Shown piece by piece: positions 37,598 through 50,759 of a stretch of 64,000 nt of DNA (its first letter is position 1; each line of letters begins with the position of its first letter). The DNA lies in contig NC_043007.1 in the NCBI RefSeq assembly GCF_006345805.1, positions 4,402,001-4,466,000 of the forward strand, in the 5' to 3' direction. The notes below the pieces were generated by a model. That model was not told where the DNA came from. It saw only the letters and a list, made by a program, of their open reading frames with translations, and ran no database searches. The translations under genes were made by a program, and so were the position numbers. Source of the DNA: Octopus sinensis (Eukaryota).

Positions 37598-38658
37598 TAT
37601 CTATTTATCCATCCATCTATCTATTAGTCTATCTTTCAACACACGAAAAGGACAAGAGTTACAGCTCTGGGGCTGGTGTACACTCCAGGGTATGCACATA
37701 AAATTGGTATACCAAGTGACATTTTACTAGTCTACATATCTGGCACCAGGAACCTGTTCTGACACCTCAAATAATAGAATTTGTTCCAACAAATTGTCCA
37801 AAACTCTACTAAAATTATATAAAAATCCTATCTTACCTCTCCACATCTATACACAAAATGAATTTTCCCAAAGAACTGAGAATAATAGAATTTATTTACT
37901 TTAAAAATGTCACGTAAAATATGTTTTGTTTTGTTACAACAATTCTCAATTGTGCATTGCTGAACACATTCAAGTAATTATTGACAAACGGTTTCAACTT
38001 TCAATATGTTATCCAATTAAATGAACAGATGTTAATCTTTGTTGAATCTTTTTTTTTTCCAAAATGATTTTGTTGATTGCTGAAAACCTTTGTCCATTGA
38101 AGATTTCAAAGACTTGAAATACTGATAGAATTTCTAAAATCTCAGTTCCTGCAGTTGATCCCAAAAGTTCACCTTTTGGTAGTTACACACCCGCACACAT
38201 ACATACATGTGAGTTGGGCAGGGTGGTGCATGTATGTATGTGGCAGGGGTCAGTGATTTGGTTGGACTATACCTCTAATACAACAACAACAACAACACAC
38301 ACACACAGACTCACACACACTGACTCACACACACACACACACATACACAACTGACACACACACACACTCACTATGCTCATACATACACAACACACACACA
38401 CACACACACACACCACACACACACACACACAATGTATCAGCAAAGCTCTCCACAACTTCTTGAAGTTCCAGGCATATCAATCATGTACAGTCAGTCAGGC
38501 ACAACATTTGGTGAAGCACTGAAGCTGCATTCACTGCCCTCTCTTGAGACAAATTCTTATTTTCCAAGTTGGGGTCAAATGCTTAGATTTATGACCAATC
38601 AAAATTACTGGCTGGACTAGCTGCAGTGTAAGGCAGGCCAAACTAGGAACAAGTGTAT

Positions 38659-39025
38659 AGGTGCAGGAGTGGCTGTGTGGTAAGTAGCTTGCTTACCAAC
38701 CATATGGTTCTGGGTTCAGTCCCACTGTGTTGCACGTTGGGCACATGTCTTCTACTATAGCCTTGGGCTGACCAAAGCCTTGTGAGTAGATTTGGTAGAT
38801 GGAAATTGAAGGAAGTCCGTCATGTATGTGTGTCTGTGTTTGTCCCCTCATTACTTGACAACCGATGTTGGTGTGATCATGTCCCCATAACTTAGCAGTT
38901 TGGCAAAAGAAACAGATAGAATAAGTATTAGGTTTACAAAGAATAAGTCCTGGGGTCGATTTGTTTGACTAAAGGTAGTGCTCTAGCATGGCCACAGTCA
39001 AAGGACTGAAACAAATAAAAGAATA
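38659..39025 (+). mobile_element. SINE family A
   Basis: Colinear with the family consensus. Confidence 0.9.
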
Positions 39026-39305
39026 TAGAAACAACTATTCTGTGGCATTTGTTAGATCTGATGACTGTGTCTTGAATTTTAAGGCATAGGGAAGTGGTCT
39101 AAGAGGAATTTTTGTCTGTTGATGGCAATTAAATATTTTTAATTAAGTGATAATTTTGACTGTTTAAATTTCTTAAACATTTTGCTTTTAGGCAAAGCCT
39201 GCAGTTTTATTGTCCACTGATGCATGTGTGTGTTTATATATAAAATTTTTTTTTTCGTAATGAGATACGTAATGAGATAAATTTTAGAACATTTATGGAT
39301 AGAAG

Positions 39306-39353
39306 GCCTTACAGCTGTTTCCAGGATCTTTGTTATATCCCTTCATCGGAGAC
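39306..39353 (-). ncRNA. Minimal type I hammerhead ribozyme motif (U4C variant), Penelope-type
   Basis: Minus strand reads GTCT-CCGATGA-A-GGGAT ataacaaag ATCCT-G-GAAA-CAGCTG-TA-AGGC. Stem III is the palindrome ACAGCTGT. Confidence 0.6.
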
Positions 39354-39470
39354 AGTGTGAGAGGATGGTTAAGACATAGTTAATTTAGATAAGATACAAA
39401 ATAGAGAGTGAGGTGGAGGAAAGAAAATAGATGTGCGATATGTATGTATGTATGTATGTGTGTGTGTGTG

Positions 39471-39520
<50 letters not shown>

Positions 39521-39684
39521 TGTATATATATATATATATATATATAAACAGACACACACACATATATTCGTATGTGTGTGTTTATATGTGTGTATGTGTG
39601 CATGTGGTGTGTGTGTGTGTGTGTGCTGCAAAGAGCAAATGAGAGAAAAGCAAAATGGGATTAGTTCCAGTCAAAGTAGTTAAC

Positions 39685-40920
39685 AGCTTCTGTTGCCAAG
39701 GTGACCCAAGGCTTCTCCCTCAGATTGAAGGATAGATTATATGATACTTGCGTATGATGTGCAATGCTACATAATAATGAGACATGGGCATTAAATGCAG
39801 AAGATTTGTGAAGATTAGAAAGAAAGACAGAGCATGCTTTACAGAATGTGTAATGTCAGAGTGAAGAACAGAGAATCAATGGTTTGAGAGATAAGCTGTG
39901 TCTTTCATCTGTTTGGGGTTGATGAAATAAGTACCAGTTCAACAATGGGACCCATGTAACTGATCATTCCTCTCCCCATAAAATTTCAGGCCTTGTCCAA
40001 AAGTAGAAAGGATATGTGTGTGTAATGCCAAAGAAGGGTTGAATTCTCAAAATGAACAATACTTGTGGACAATGGTGAACTAGGTCTAAAAATATTTGTT
40101 TGCCAGGAGACTAAGGGGGCTCACCCGCAACTACAAGAGGGGCCCACCTGCAACTACAATGCTGTCATTTAATTTTTTTTTTTGTTAAAAGTATTCTTTT
40201 CAACTGTCTACAAACACATCCAGGCTGAAATAATTAATGCATTCTTCCAGGAGTCAATAAAAAATTCTCAAAATTGAGGAGATGGGCCCCTTAGATACTA
40301 ACATGGGCCCCCATATATGGATTCTAATGGCACAGGGGCACACTTGCCTTTGGGGAAGCTGGCAACCTGGTCAGTCTGCCACTGATTGTGGAGTAAAGAC
40401 CTTCAGAGACATCAGACCGAGTGATGAAAACCTATCTGAAGATGTTGAACCTGACAAAATGAGATGACAAATCCTCTGCTCCCTCTCTACTTTGCCTTGC
40501 TTTTTCTCTCTGTTACCTCAACATTTTCTCATCTCCCTCTCTTTGGCACCTTCTACTACAAGACCAGCCATCCTTGGCTGCCCATGTAAAATGCAAGGTA
40601 GCCACGAAAACAAACCTGTTATTGCTCCTATCATCATACTTTACTTTGCATAAGGTGAACTCCCAACCTCCTATTCTTTGAGGGAGCCCTTTTTAGGTTT
40701 GCAAATTACTACGCAATCTCACTGATGCTGATGCCATGAAAGAAAAGCACACATTACACTCTCTAATGGAGCATCCAGCTGTAGAAACCATGCCAAACCT
40801 GAAACACTGGAGCAAGACCTGGTCTGGAGTAAGACCCACTGGATACAGTCAAAATGTCCACCTTATGTCCACATGGAAAGGGGTTGAGATGATGCTACTG
40901 TAAATGATGCTGATGAGGAT
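39685..40920 (+). mobile_element. Old RTE 3' portion interrupted by a SINE-B fragment (39900-40010) and a possible hAT-like relic (~40090-40384)
   Basis: 39685-39900 aligns with RTE 17020-17230 (GFSLRLKDRLYDTCV..ETWALNAEDL). Decayed RTE UTR and GAT tail at 40720-40920. The relic ends in tcagtctgccactg. Confidence 0.6.
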
Positions 40921-41134
40921 AACACATGCACACAAAAACATGTGTATATGTGTATATATGTGTGTGTATACATGAACACATATACACATCCAGACCTACA
41001 CATACACATATGTGTTTATATTTCTATAAGTATGTATTTGGGTGTGTGTATGTATTTGGGTGTGTGTGTGTATACATATCTATATATATACACACACACA
41101 CATATATCTATATATACACATGTATGTATATATA

Positions 41135-41655
41135 TCATCATCCGTTTTCCATGCTCGCATGGGTTTGACGGTTTGACTGGGGTCTGGGAAGCCAGGAGGC
41201 TGCACCAGGCTCCAGTCTGATCTGGCATGGTTTCTACAGCTGGATGCCCTTCCTAATGCCAACAACTCTGAGAGTGTAGTGGGTGCTTTTTTTACATGCC
41301 ACTGGCACAGGGGCCAGAGGGCCTGGCATTGATCACGATCAGATGGTGCTTTTTATGTGCCACCAGCACGGTAGTCAGTCAAAGCGGCATTGTAATCGGC
41401 TGCATTCGGATGGTGCTTTTTACGTGCCACTGGCACAGGGATCACAACTACAATTTCCATTTGATTGTGATTTTGATGTACTTGACTCAATAGGTCTCCT
41501 CAAGCATGGCATGTTGCCCTACAATCCAAGGTACTTTTGAGTGGACTGGTTATGTGACACAGGTGTAGGTCACAGCTGTGGACTCACTTTATTTGCTGGG
41601 TCTTCTCAGTCACAGCTTATCTCCAGAGGTCTCAGTCTTTTGTCATTGCCTCTAT
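41135..41655 (-). mobile_element. RTE 3'-UTR copy
   Basis: Matches 17.6-18.08 kb and 56745-57100. Confidence 0.85.
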
Positions 41656-42355
41656 ACACACACACACACATGTGTATATAGATATATATGTATGTAATAT
41701 ATGTAAATATCAATGCTATACACCTGCAATTTGTGTATATATACATGTGTGTAAGTGTGTATAAATGATAGATTTAGACAAGATTTTGTACTCTTTTCGC
41801 AAGAATCTTAGAGTATATTCACCTCCCCCCCCCCATGGAAACTGGACCTTCTCAGTAACATGAAACCATGCAAACTCTGTACTATAGAAACCTTGGAAAT
41901 TCTCTTTGCCTTCCTACCTTTTCTGAATGTTTGTCTTGTATGCACAGGATCTCAGATACATAAAAATGAAAATAAACCTGTTGCCCCCAACTGTTCAAGA
42001 ATAAGCTAACCTGTTCTTTATGTGCTAGTATAAATTTATTCTCTTTTATTAGTCTCTCAGATTTATTAAACCCCATTTTTTGTATTTTTAAAATTTTTTT
42101 TTTGTTTTATGGGTTTTTTGAATCTCCATATATTATTCTAATCTCTCCATTTTCTGCCCCTGAATATATTATAGTTTCCCAGTGACTTCTCCCTTCCACA
42201 AAACTAACTTATACCTTTTCCACATAATTAACTGCATCCTGCTTATCCCTTAACCTGTTTCCACCTCCTCTGCGCTTCCATTATTGGCACATGTAGTTAA
42301 AAACCACTCACTCTTTGCTCTCGTCTTCCCATTTCTCTATCTTATTAGACTACCT

Positions 42356-42455
42356 NNNNNNNNNNNNNNNNNNNNNNNNNNNNNNNNNNNNNNNNNNNNN
42401 NNNNNNNNNNNNNNNNNNNNNNNNNNNNNNNNNNNNNNNNNNNNNNNNNNNNNNN
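42356..42455. other. Assembly gap (100 N)
   Basis: Run of n. Confidence 1.
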
Positions 42456-42665
42456 GTGTATATATATATACATGTATATACATATGTGTGTGTGTGTGTA
42501 CATATATGTACACAGGCAAACATATTTATACACACTCCCATATATATATAGATTATATACATACATATATATTTACATTCACATATGCATAGATAAATAG
42601 ATGGACATACCTGTTACAGGATTAAATTATTGTGGGAGGATCACTCTAATTCAAAGTCAAAATGT

Positions 42666-42719
<54 letters not shown>

Positions 42720-43129
42720 GTGTGTGCATTTAGAATTATCTTCATCATCATTTAACATCTGTCGTCTATCCTGACATGGACTGCATTAAGCTCCACACAT
42801 TTTTAATGTAAATATATACATGGATGTAGGTAGGTGTGTGTGTGTGCATATGTCTTCAGTTACATCAGTACATTCACACACACACACACACACAACTGTA
42901 TGTATTTATGTATACACAACACACAACACACACATACATACATAATATGTGTGTTGACAGCTATCTATACATAAATACGTGGGTGTTTTGTATATGTGTT
43001 ATGCGGTTGTGTTGTAGGGTTTTCTTCATCAGAGGATGTAAGGTGACCAGTCGTACGAGAAAATAATCTATATATTTCCATGTAGGGTAAATCCGTAGCT
43101 GTGGATATTATTTTTAATATTCCTGGAGA

Positions 43130-43345
43130 TGGGGAGTGAACTAGCAGAACCACCATCATGCTGCACAAGATGCTTCATGACATTTCATTTGTCTTTACAT
43201 TCTGAGTTCAAATTCCGCCAAGGTCAGCTTTGCCTTTCATTCCCCAGGGTCAATGGAATTAAATACCTGTTGAACACTGGAGTCAATTTAATTGACTTAA
43301 CCCTTCCCTTGAAATTGCAGGCCTTGTGCCAAAATTTGAAACCAG
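43130..43345 (+). mobile_element. SINE family B
   Basis: Contains ttctgagttcaaattccgccaaggtcagctttgcctttcattcc..ggccttgtgccaaaatttgaaacc. Confidence 0.85.
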
Positions 43346-44535
43346 TATTTCAGGAGATGAATATATTTCTGAAGTTATCCGAGGGCCTCAATTTTCCTAT
43401 TTACCATGCATTTAATTCAAGTACCACGATAAGATCTTGGGACATTTTAGTGAGAAAGACATTAATAATTGTTTGTATGTGTCCTTGTGTATATGTACCT
43501 ACTTGCTTGTGTGTGTATATATCACCACCATCATCATTTTCTTCATCATCATCATCATCATCATCATTATATTTAACCTTTGTTTCCCATGCTGCCATGG
43601 GTTGTACAGTTCAACAAGATCTGAGAACATGAATGACTCAGTTGTCTCCTTTTTTTTCTTCAAACGGATGCCCTGTCTAATATCAACTAGTTTATTGAGT
43701 GTAATAGGTGCTTCTTTCATGGTTCCAGCACTAGTGAACTCGCAATTCTAAGGGCCTAAAGTGGACCCTATAACCGAAGGAGTGATGCAGGTTGTGGTGA
43801 TTTTACATTGGATTGTTGAGAGAAGTTAAAGAAAGATGAGAGAATAAGATTTGTAGTTGTGAGACAATGGATGTGGAGAGAGTAATAGAGTAGGGGATGT
43901 TGAGAGAGGGAGCAGCATGGCAGAGGAGAGAGGAAATGGAAGGTTTCAATGTCTGTGAGAGGTTAGTGAGAAAGGGAGGCACGTGTTAGGAAAGCGCTCA
44001 GGTGTCTTGTGTATGGAGTTCCTGGGTTATTCTATGTTAGAAGATGGATATGGACGGAAAGCGCGAAGGAAAGTGGCTGAGAAATCAAGAGAGAATCATT
44101 GAAGGAAGCAAAGAGAGGAATGGGTCTTACAGGGTTAGGTCAGAGGAGAGAGAGAGAGAGAGAGTGTGTGGTGGGAGGGTGTGCTGAGGTAGTGAAGAAG
44201 CTATGGGAAGAGGACTGTGAGAGGAAAATGAAGTAGATGGTGGGAGGTGTAGTGAGAGTATGAGAACAATGAGGGGAAGATAGGCTGATGGTACTGACCA
44301 CTAGAAAGAATACAACCCCAAACTGATTCCATTGATGTGCTTATTTTTAGGGAAAAAAATTTCCTTAATAACTTATATCAGTTCCTTTCCACGGCCCTAC
44401 ATAATTATTTTAATACTTTGGCATCAGTTTCTATTTTTTCTCTCTACTACATGGTCAGTCACAGACAGGTCCAGATTATTCGAAGCAAGTGGAAAACCTT
44501 TGTAATAATTCTTTGCTACATTAGTAACATGTTAC

Positions 44536-44712
44536 CCTTAAAAACTATCTGAGAATGGCGGGGGTCCTTAAAGACTATCTGAGAATGGTGGGGATCCTTA
44601 AAAACTATCTGAGAATGGGGGGGTCCTTAAAAACTATCTGAGAATGGTGGGGATCCTTAAAAACTATCTGAGAATGGTGGGGTCCTTAAAAACTATCTGA
44701 GAATGGTGGGAT
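44536..44712 (+). repeat. 29-30 bp minisatellite x6 (ccttaaaaactatctgagaatggtggggat)
   Basis: Units start at 44536, 44566, 44596, 44625, 44655 and 44684. Confidence 0.95.
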
Positions 44713-45319
44713 ACTTCTCTCTTTTGAATATTAGAACACACATTCCACTCCCACACCCAGCATCCATTTATCTGCCATATTATAACGGTCCAAGGGTAAG
44801 AAATACATTAGATAAATTTTCCACACTAAACTATTTAGGGATCCAGATTTTTGCCCCACCCATTTATACATGTGCACACATGCCTGCACATGTGTATGCA
44901 CACACTCACACACATACTTTATTTCGTTCTTTTTCCATCTACAGAATTCCACATACATGGCATTTTCCCAAGGTTCCACACACAGGGTTGATTCTGGAAC
45001 CATGTGGCTATTAGCTGATTCTTAACCACATAACTATGCCTCCTCATGTGTGTGTGTGTGTATATATATATATGTGTGTGTGTGTATGCATATATATGTA
45101 TTTATATATATATATATGTAATGTGTGTGGTTGTGTGTGTATATATATATATACATACACACAACATACGCATACATTTATTTATATTATGTATCTATGT
45201 ATATATACATTTATATTTACACACACACAAACTCTCTCTCTCTCACACACACACACACACAAACATACACACAAACACACACATATTAAAGTAATGGGTA
45301 AATTACTGTGAGTACATGC

Positions 45320-45355
<36 letters not shown>

Positions 45356-45589
45356 GCATGCATGCACTCACACATAGATGCACATGTATACATGTCTTTG
45401 TGTATTGCTATTTATGTTCATCTCTCAACATTTGACGACTGGTGTAGGTTTGTGGGGGGTCAATATGATCAACTAAAGGAACCCTTTAAAGTGGTTTCCC
45501 ACCATGGCTGCAATGTCATAATGGGGACAAATAAAAGAAAAAAAGAAAAGAATGTGTACATACATACTCACACACACAGGTATGAATAT

Positions 45590-45878
45590 AATATATAATA
45601 TATATATATATATATAGTATATATATATACAATATGTATATACATATATGTATGATATATATATATATGTATATATACATATGTATATACATATATGTAT
45701 GTATATATATAATATATTATATATATATATTATATATATTATATACATATGTATATGCATATTGTATGTATATATATATGTGTATGTGTATATACATATG
45801 TGTATGTATCTATATGTATACATATATATATATACACACACATATATATACATGCATATATATATATATATATTATAT

Positions 45879-45912
<34 letters not shown>

Positions 45913-45965
45913 ATATATATGTATATATGATATGTATGCAGATATATATATTTATATATGTATAG
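45590..45965. repeat. Degenerate (TA)n tract
   Basis: Directly visible. Confidence 0.95.
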
Positions 45966-46450
45966 ATATATACACATACATACACACACACATGTTGGCA
46001 TGATGTGTGTTTGTATGAATGAAGTATATATGTTTTCTGCAAAATTATGCATAAAAACACTCAGAAATTACTTGGAAAAGCACTCAATATGGCAGCCAAT
46101 CATGGAAGTCATACCAAAACAGATACAGGAGCACAATCCTATTTTTGGGCCCCATCAGATCTTGTCGAAATGTTCAACCCATGGCAGCATGGAACATGGA
46201 TGTTAAATGATGATGATATGATATGATGATAGCGATATATCATCATCATCATCATTTTTACACCCATTTTTCCATGGTTGCATGTATCAGATGTAGCTGG
46301 ATGCCTTTCCTGTTGCCTACACACACATTTTCCAAAGTAGGGTAGTATTTCCTCATGACCAGGCATGTTTCCATGGAGAATTAGGAACGAAGAACACTAA
46401 ATACATGACAATGACACACATTCACATACACGTGCGTGCACACACACACA

Positions 46451-46489
<39 letters not shown>

Positions 46490-46494
46490 AGTAC

Positions 46495-46960
46495 CAAAAC
46501 TAGAGAAGAAATGTCAGGTGTAGAAGCAAAGTCTGGAATCAAAGGGCCTAAGTGTCTTAATAAATAGGAAAACAAACATATCACAGATCCCTTCAGGGAG
46601 ATGGCCCTGCTCAGTATGTAGAAAAGATATCAGTAGAAACTCCATAAGGTGTACCCAGGACAAGCTATGGGTACATAGGAGGTGCAGGAATATCGCTGTA
46701 AGATTAACATAAAATGTAGTCTTTACCTGTGGCAGGTGTGCAGGTGCATTAAAAACTAGGAATGCACAGAAAATAGACACCTTGAAGTGTCCGAGGGGAT
46801 CCTTAGAAGTAGTAGACAGTTAGCAATGGTGGAGGTTGTTCCAAAGACATAGCTGCTAGAATAAGAATGGGTTGGGCAAAGTTGAGAGGGTTACTACTTC
46901 TGTTAGTAACAATGGGGGTCTCTCTCAGAGTGGAAAGTAGATTGTATGATGCCTGTGTAT
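46495..46960 (+). mobile_element. RTE internal fragment with a Cys-rich (PHD-like) insert
   Basis: Reads GRWPCSVCRK..NSIRCTQ..WVHRRC..FTCGRC..LEVVD..ARIRMGWAKLRGLL. Homologous to 16880-17070. Confidence 0.75.
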
Positions 46961-48830
46961 GTTTAGGTGTTGTTTAGAATCTGTGGGTTTATAGAAGATG
47001 TCTGTTTTGATGTGGTTATTGACTATTTTAATTAGGATGTCAAGAAAAGGGAGTTGGTTACTGCTGTGCTCCATGGTGAATTGTATATTGCTATTAATAT
47101 TGTTAAGCATTATTTTGAAATTGAGGAGTTTGTCCATGCTGTCTTTCGAAAGTATAAAGCAATCGTCCAAATACCTCTTCCAGTCCTCCTTTAAATAGCA
47201 ATGAAATGAGGTGCCATATTTTTGTTGTGATAATTGGTATATTTTAAGTTCTAGGTAAACCATTACAAGATTCGCAATCATTGGAGAAGCTCGGGTTCCC
47301 ATTGCAATTCCACATTTTTGTTGGTAGTAAACTGTATCGAACATGAAATAGTTGTTCAGTAGGATGAATTTGAGTGCTGCAATTATGAATCTGTGGTTGA
47401 TGCATTCTAGCCAGAAGGTGATTGCTTCTATACCATAGTCGTGTGGGATATTGGCGTATAAATTCACCACATCAAATGATACTAACAGGGTTCCTTCATT
47501 TATTTTCTTCGGGAGGAATATTAATGCATAGGCTTAGAGAAACTTTGCAAGCTTTACAAATATGTATTTTAGGTAATCCATAGAATAGACTAGGTCTGTA
47601 TTTAAAATTGGATAAATAGTCAACTTCATTTTTAGTGACGCTCTTTCCATGTATTTGAATTAAGGAGGATAAGTTTTTAAGTGTCTTCTGTGGGTTGTAT
47701 TGTACTATCTTCTCATAATAGGCGCAGGAGTGGCTGTGTGGTAAGTAGCTTGTCTACCAACCACATGGTTCCAGGTTCAGTCCCACTGCGTGACACCTTG
47801 GGCAAGTGTCTTCTACTATAGCCTCGGGCCGACCAAAGCCTTGTGAGTGGATTTGGTAGACGGAAACTGAAAGAAGCCCGTCGTATATATGTATATATAT
47901 ATGCGTGTGTGTGTTTGTGTGTCTGTGTTTGTCCCCTAGCATTGCTTGACAACCGATGCTGGTGTGTTTATGTCCCCGTTACTTAGCGGTTCGGCAAAAG
48001 AGATGGATAGAATAAGTACTGGGCTTACAAAAGAATAAGTCCCGGGGTCGAGTTGCCCGATTAAAGGCGGTGCTCCAGCATGGCCGCAGTCAAATGACTG
48101 AAACAAGTAAAAGAGTAAAAGAGTAATAAATATTATTTTCCAACATGAAGAGTATTAAATTTTTGTAGTACTCTGTGTCCATCCGCACTTCCTTTGTTGG
48201 CTTCTGTAATGGTGAGGTTTATATCATTTTTTTAACTCGATTAGGTCTTTCCATTCATTTACGTTAAGGTTGGATTTAATTCATTGTTATTGTAGGGTAT
48301 TAAAAAGGAAAACTGGTAATGTATTCACAAAATGCATCAAATGCTTTATTTCTGCCTTTTGTAGGACAGTATTCCCTTTTGTTTTTTACTATTGAGTCAT
48401 CTTCGCTGGTGTTGTTGTAAGGTGTAATTTTCGGCAGAAATCCATAGAGTTATCCTTAATTTCATTCAGGTTCGATCTGCGAAGGGTTGGAGTAAACTTT
48501 AAACCTCTTGCTAGGATTTTAGTTTGTGTAATACTTAGGATTTTCTTTGATAAGTTGATTATTTTTGGTTGTTCTTGTACATTTTGTTTCATTTCACATC
48601 TCTGTTTCTCTGATTTAAGTCTAAAAAATGGTTGTAGTAGGTGGATTGTTGTGGAAAGTCTGTATTGTGTTTGGTTTGCTGATGAGAAAATGGGTGTAAA
48701 GTGTAAAGTGTGTCTGTGGTAGTATATTTGTAGTGGAGTGACTGTGCAGCGGACTAGATTATGGTTGTACTGAGGGTTGTTATATTGTCTATGGTTGATG
48801 TGGTTTGGGTTAAATTTATTTTTAATATTG
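46960..48830 (-). mobile_element. Penelope-like retroelement, decayed, 3'-truncated, interrupted by a SINE-A
   Basis: N-terminal IINLSKKILS..ILARGLKFTPT. RT motifs NLYANIPH..NYFMFD..YYQQKCGIAMGT..ANLVM..RYLDD..IQFTME..LPFLDI..FYKPTD. Confidence 0.9.
47721..48123 (+). mobile_element. Full-length young SINE family A, possible TSD taata
   Basis: tRNA-like head (tggctgtgtggt A-box, ggttcagtccc B-box), ccttgggcaagt core, internal TA/TG, 3' hairpin and short agtaaaag repeats. taata at 47716-47720 and 48124-48128. Confidence 0.93.
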
Positions 48831-48832
48831 TA

Positions 48833-48870
<38 letters not shown>

Positions 48871-48872
<2 letters not shown>

Positions 48873-49072
48873 TTTATTATATTAAGGGCATTACTACATG
48901 TAAATGCCTCATGCTATGAGGGACATTTAAAGTCAAAACTTCCACAATAAAAATACAGTGTGCCGACAGCAAGGGTTGGTACACTTGCTGTCATTACACT
49001 GTATATTTATTATGGTAGTTTTGACTTTAAGAGTCCCTCATAGCATGTAGTAATGTCCTGAATATAATAAAT
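48871..49072. repeat. ~200-bp imperfect palindrome next to the Penelope 5' end
   Basis: catgctatgagggac..ttaaagtcaaaact..atacagtgt..gacagcaag pairs with cttgctgtc..acactgtat..agttttgactttaa..gtccctcatagcatg. Confidence 0.85.
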
Positions 49073-49726
49073 GTATTTAAAGGGAATAATTATAAATTTT
49101 TCCCTTATATGGTTTTCATGCTGACTACTTGATAAATTCTTATATAGATTTTATCCTATATTTAATTTTATGTACATATATATATACAGAAAGAGAGAGA
49201 GAGTGTGTGTGTGTACCAGTGGTAGATGGTACATTTCCATGTGTTTACAGATAGAGTTAATATTTCTCACAAGAGAACTCAGTAAATATATAATAGGCTA
49301 AGTTACAATATTTAGTGTTATAGCATTAGTCTCTATGCAAAGTATACAATGGTATTAAACAACTGGAAAAGGCTACACAACACAAACAGATGAAGAAAAT
49401 GATGAATTCACTGCTTCTCTGTTCTTTCTAGACACCTGTATTTCAGGATGTTTGCCTTCAACAGACTTTGCTAAACTTCCCATGGAGATAGCCAAATTAT
49501 TGCTATACATACAAGTGATATTGGATATGTCAACAACATTGAATGGCATCAAACAAATCAAATGAGTTGAATGAGATTCCATTTTAGATATGGTAAATCA
49601 CTTTCCTAAGATTGGATTGATTTTTATAATTGTGCTATTAAAAAAATTAGTCACAGAGTATTTATCAGATCTGAGGTACATACTAGGGGGATACTACATA
49701 CACACAAAAATAATAATAATAATAAT

Positions 49727-50003
49727 GGTTGTCTCTATTATCATCTGGGCATTGGGTTCAATACCACCCAATCTGAAAAGACATCTGAAAACCTTAGAAA
49801 TACCCTACAATCTAGATGTATTGCAAAAGTCGGCATTACTTGGAACTGCACACATATTGCATAAAGTACTGTCTGTCTGAGGTCCTTGTTGAGACTTGAC
49901 AAATGGTAGGCATAATATCTTCAATCAACAACCTCACGATATTGTGTACTGTGCAACGTTTATGATAATAATGATGATCATAATGATAATGATGATGATG
50001 ATG

Positions 50004-50077
<74 letters not shown>

Positions 50078-50089
50078 GATAATAATAAT
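49727..50089 (+). mobile_element. Short 3' copy of the Dong subfamily at 2827-3420, inside (TAA)n
   Basis: Reads ALGSIPPNLKRHLKTLEIPYNLDVLQKSALLGTAHILHKVL, with a 3'UTR nearly identical to 3170-3385. TAA runs on both sides. Confidence 0.9.
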
Positions 50090-50287
50090 ATTCCTTTCTA
50101 CTGGAAGCACAAGGCCTCAAATTTCGGGGAAGGGATTAAGACGATTACATCAACCCCAGTGCATGACTGGTACTTCTTTAATCGAGTCTGAAAAGATGAA
50201 AGGAATTTGAACTCAGACCGTAGAGGTAGATGAAATACCGCTAAGTATTTCACCTGGTGTGCTAGTGATTCTGCCTTCTTGCCACCT

Positions 50288-50349
<62 letters not shown>

Positions 50350-50565
50350 GTCCTTTCTATTATAGACACAAGGCATTTTGGGGAGGAGACTAGTCAATTA
50401 CATCGACCCCCTTCCCCTGTGCGTAACTGGTATTTAATTTATCAGCCCTGAGAGGATGAAAGGCAAAGTTGACCCTGGCGGCATTTGAACTCACAACATG
50501 ATGACAGATGAAATACCGCTAAGCATTTTGCCTGGTGTGCTAATGATTCTGCCGGCTTGTTGCTT
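50090..50565 (-). mobile_element. Two tandem SINE-B copies (50090-50308, 50352-50565) separated by (TAG)n(TAA)n
   Basis: Reverse complements have heads, cores and tails. Confidence 0.85.
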
Positions 50566-50606
<41 letters not shown>

Positions 50607-50759
50607 ATAATAATAATAAAATAATAATGGGCCTGTTGTACACAATGTTCAACAGCACTGGAACTCTTTGGAAAAGGGTAAAACCAGCAATACGTCAAGG
50701 AAAGAATTACGGCAAACATAGCCAAAATGTATGCATGGGTATATGTATGTGTGTATATA

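Noticed and set aside
42284-42592. ORFs spanning the N run
   Set aside because: Artefacts of the assembly gap.
44536-44712. CRISPR-like 29-30 bp repeats
   Set aside because: Units are contiguous with no unique spacers, the context is eukaryotic, and there are no cas genes.
49373-49595. Unique stretch with short open frames on both strands and AG/GT-like sites
   Set aside because: No frame stays open between the candidate splice sites, and no protein family is recognised.
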